Assembly (NCBI GenBank): GCA_001724265.1
Contig: MEDY01000073.1
Span: forward strand, 121,483-141,482
Direction of reading: 5' to 3'
Length of the DNA stretch: 20,000 bases
Origin: Rhizaria sp. SCN 62-66
Taxonomy: Eukaryota
The notes under the pieces were generated by a model. The model saw only the letters and a program-made list of their open reading frames with translations. It searched no databases and had not been told where the DNA came from. The position numbers and the translations under genes were made by a program. Each line of letters starts with the position of its first letter. Within the stretch, counting starts at the first letter, position 1. Shown one piece after another: positions 19,883 to 20,000 of this stretch.

Positions 19883-20000
19883 TTACCGGGCAGCCTTGGC
19901 AGCACGCTCAATCTCGCCGCGCTTCTTGATGGCGAAGGAGTTGAGGTTGTCGGAGGCGCAGTTCATGATCTCGTCAGCGAGGCACTCGGCAACGGACTTG
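19883..20000 (-). CDS. RPS5: 40S ribosomal protein S5 (uS7), C-terminal 38 aa (partial)
   Basis: Translates [41 protein letters not shown], matching the eukaryotic uS7 C-terminus ([38 protein letters not shown] type). Confidence 0.95.
   Translation of the reverse strand, partial: KSVAECLADEIMNCASDNLNSFAIKKRGEIERAAKAAR

Noticed and set aside
1-20000. CRISPR arrays, transposons, rRNA/tRNA genes or prokaryotic operon structure
   Set aside because: No repeat-spacer pattern, terminal repeats, transposase/RT motifs or structural RNA signatures were seen. Introns and RPS5 indicate a eukaryotic nuclear locus.

Overview
Eukaryotic, probably protist, genomic DNA: GC-rich coding sequence, AT-rich introns and intergenic spacers, GTACGY...YAG introns. 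About 18.3 kb is one giant minus-strand gene that the ORF track mostly misses because its frame runs off the left edge. It has three short 5' exons (18336-18247, 18049-17993, 17852-17775) and a >17.6 kb exon (17646 to <1), at least 5,957 codons in total. My manual translation suggests about 6-8 globin-like domains broken up by long Ala/Ser/Pro-rich insertions. Two keep the proximal His(F8) and the others seem to have lost it. Six Cys-Pro-(Phe/Val) motifs resembling heme-regulatory motifs lie in the linkers, and there may be a degenerate NAD(P)-binding reductase module. One in-frame TAG (16135-16137, codon 579) interrupts the frame and is followed by 5,378 more open codons, which points to readthrough, recoding, a nonsense allele or an assembly error. 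To the right are a divergently transcribed two-exon gene for an RS/RD-rich protein (18599-19677, +) and the convergent 3' end of 40S ribosomal protein S5/uS7 (-). Almost all other ORFs in the track are antisense or off-frame shadows. Domain calls come from motif recognition by eye, with no database search.
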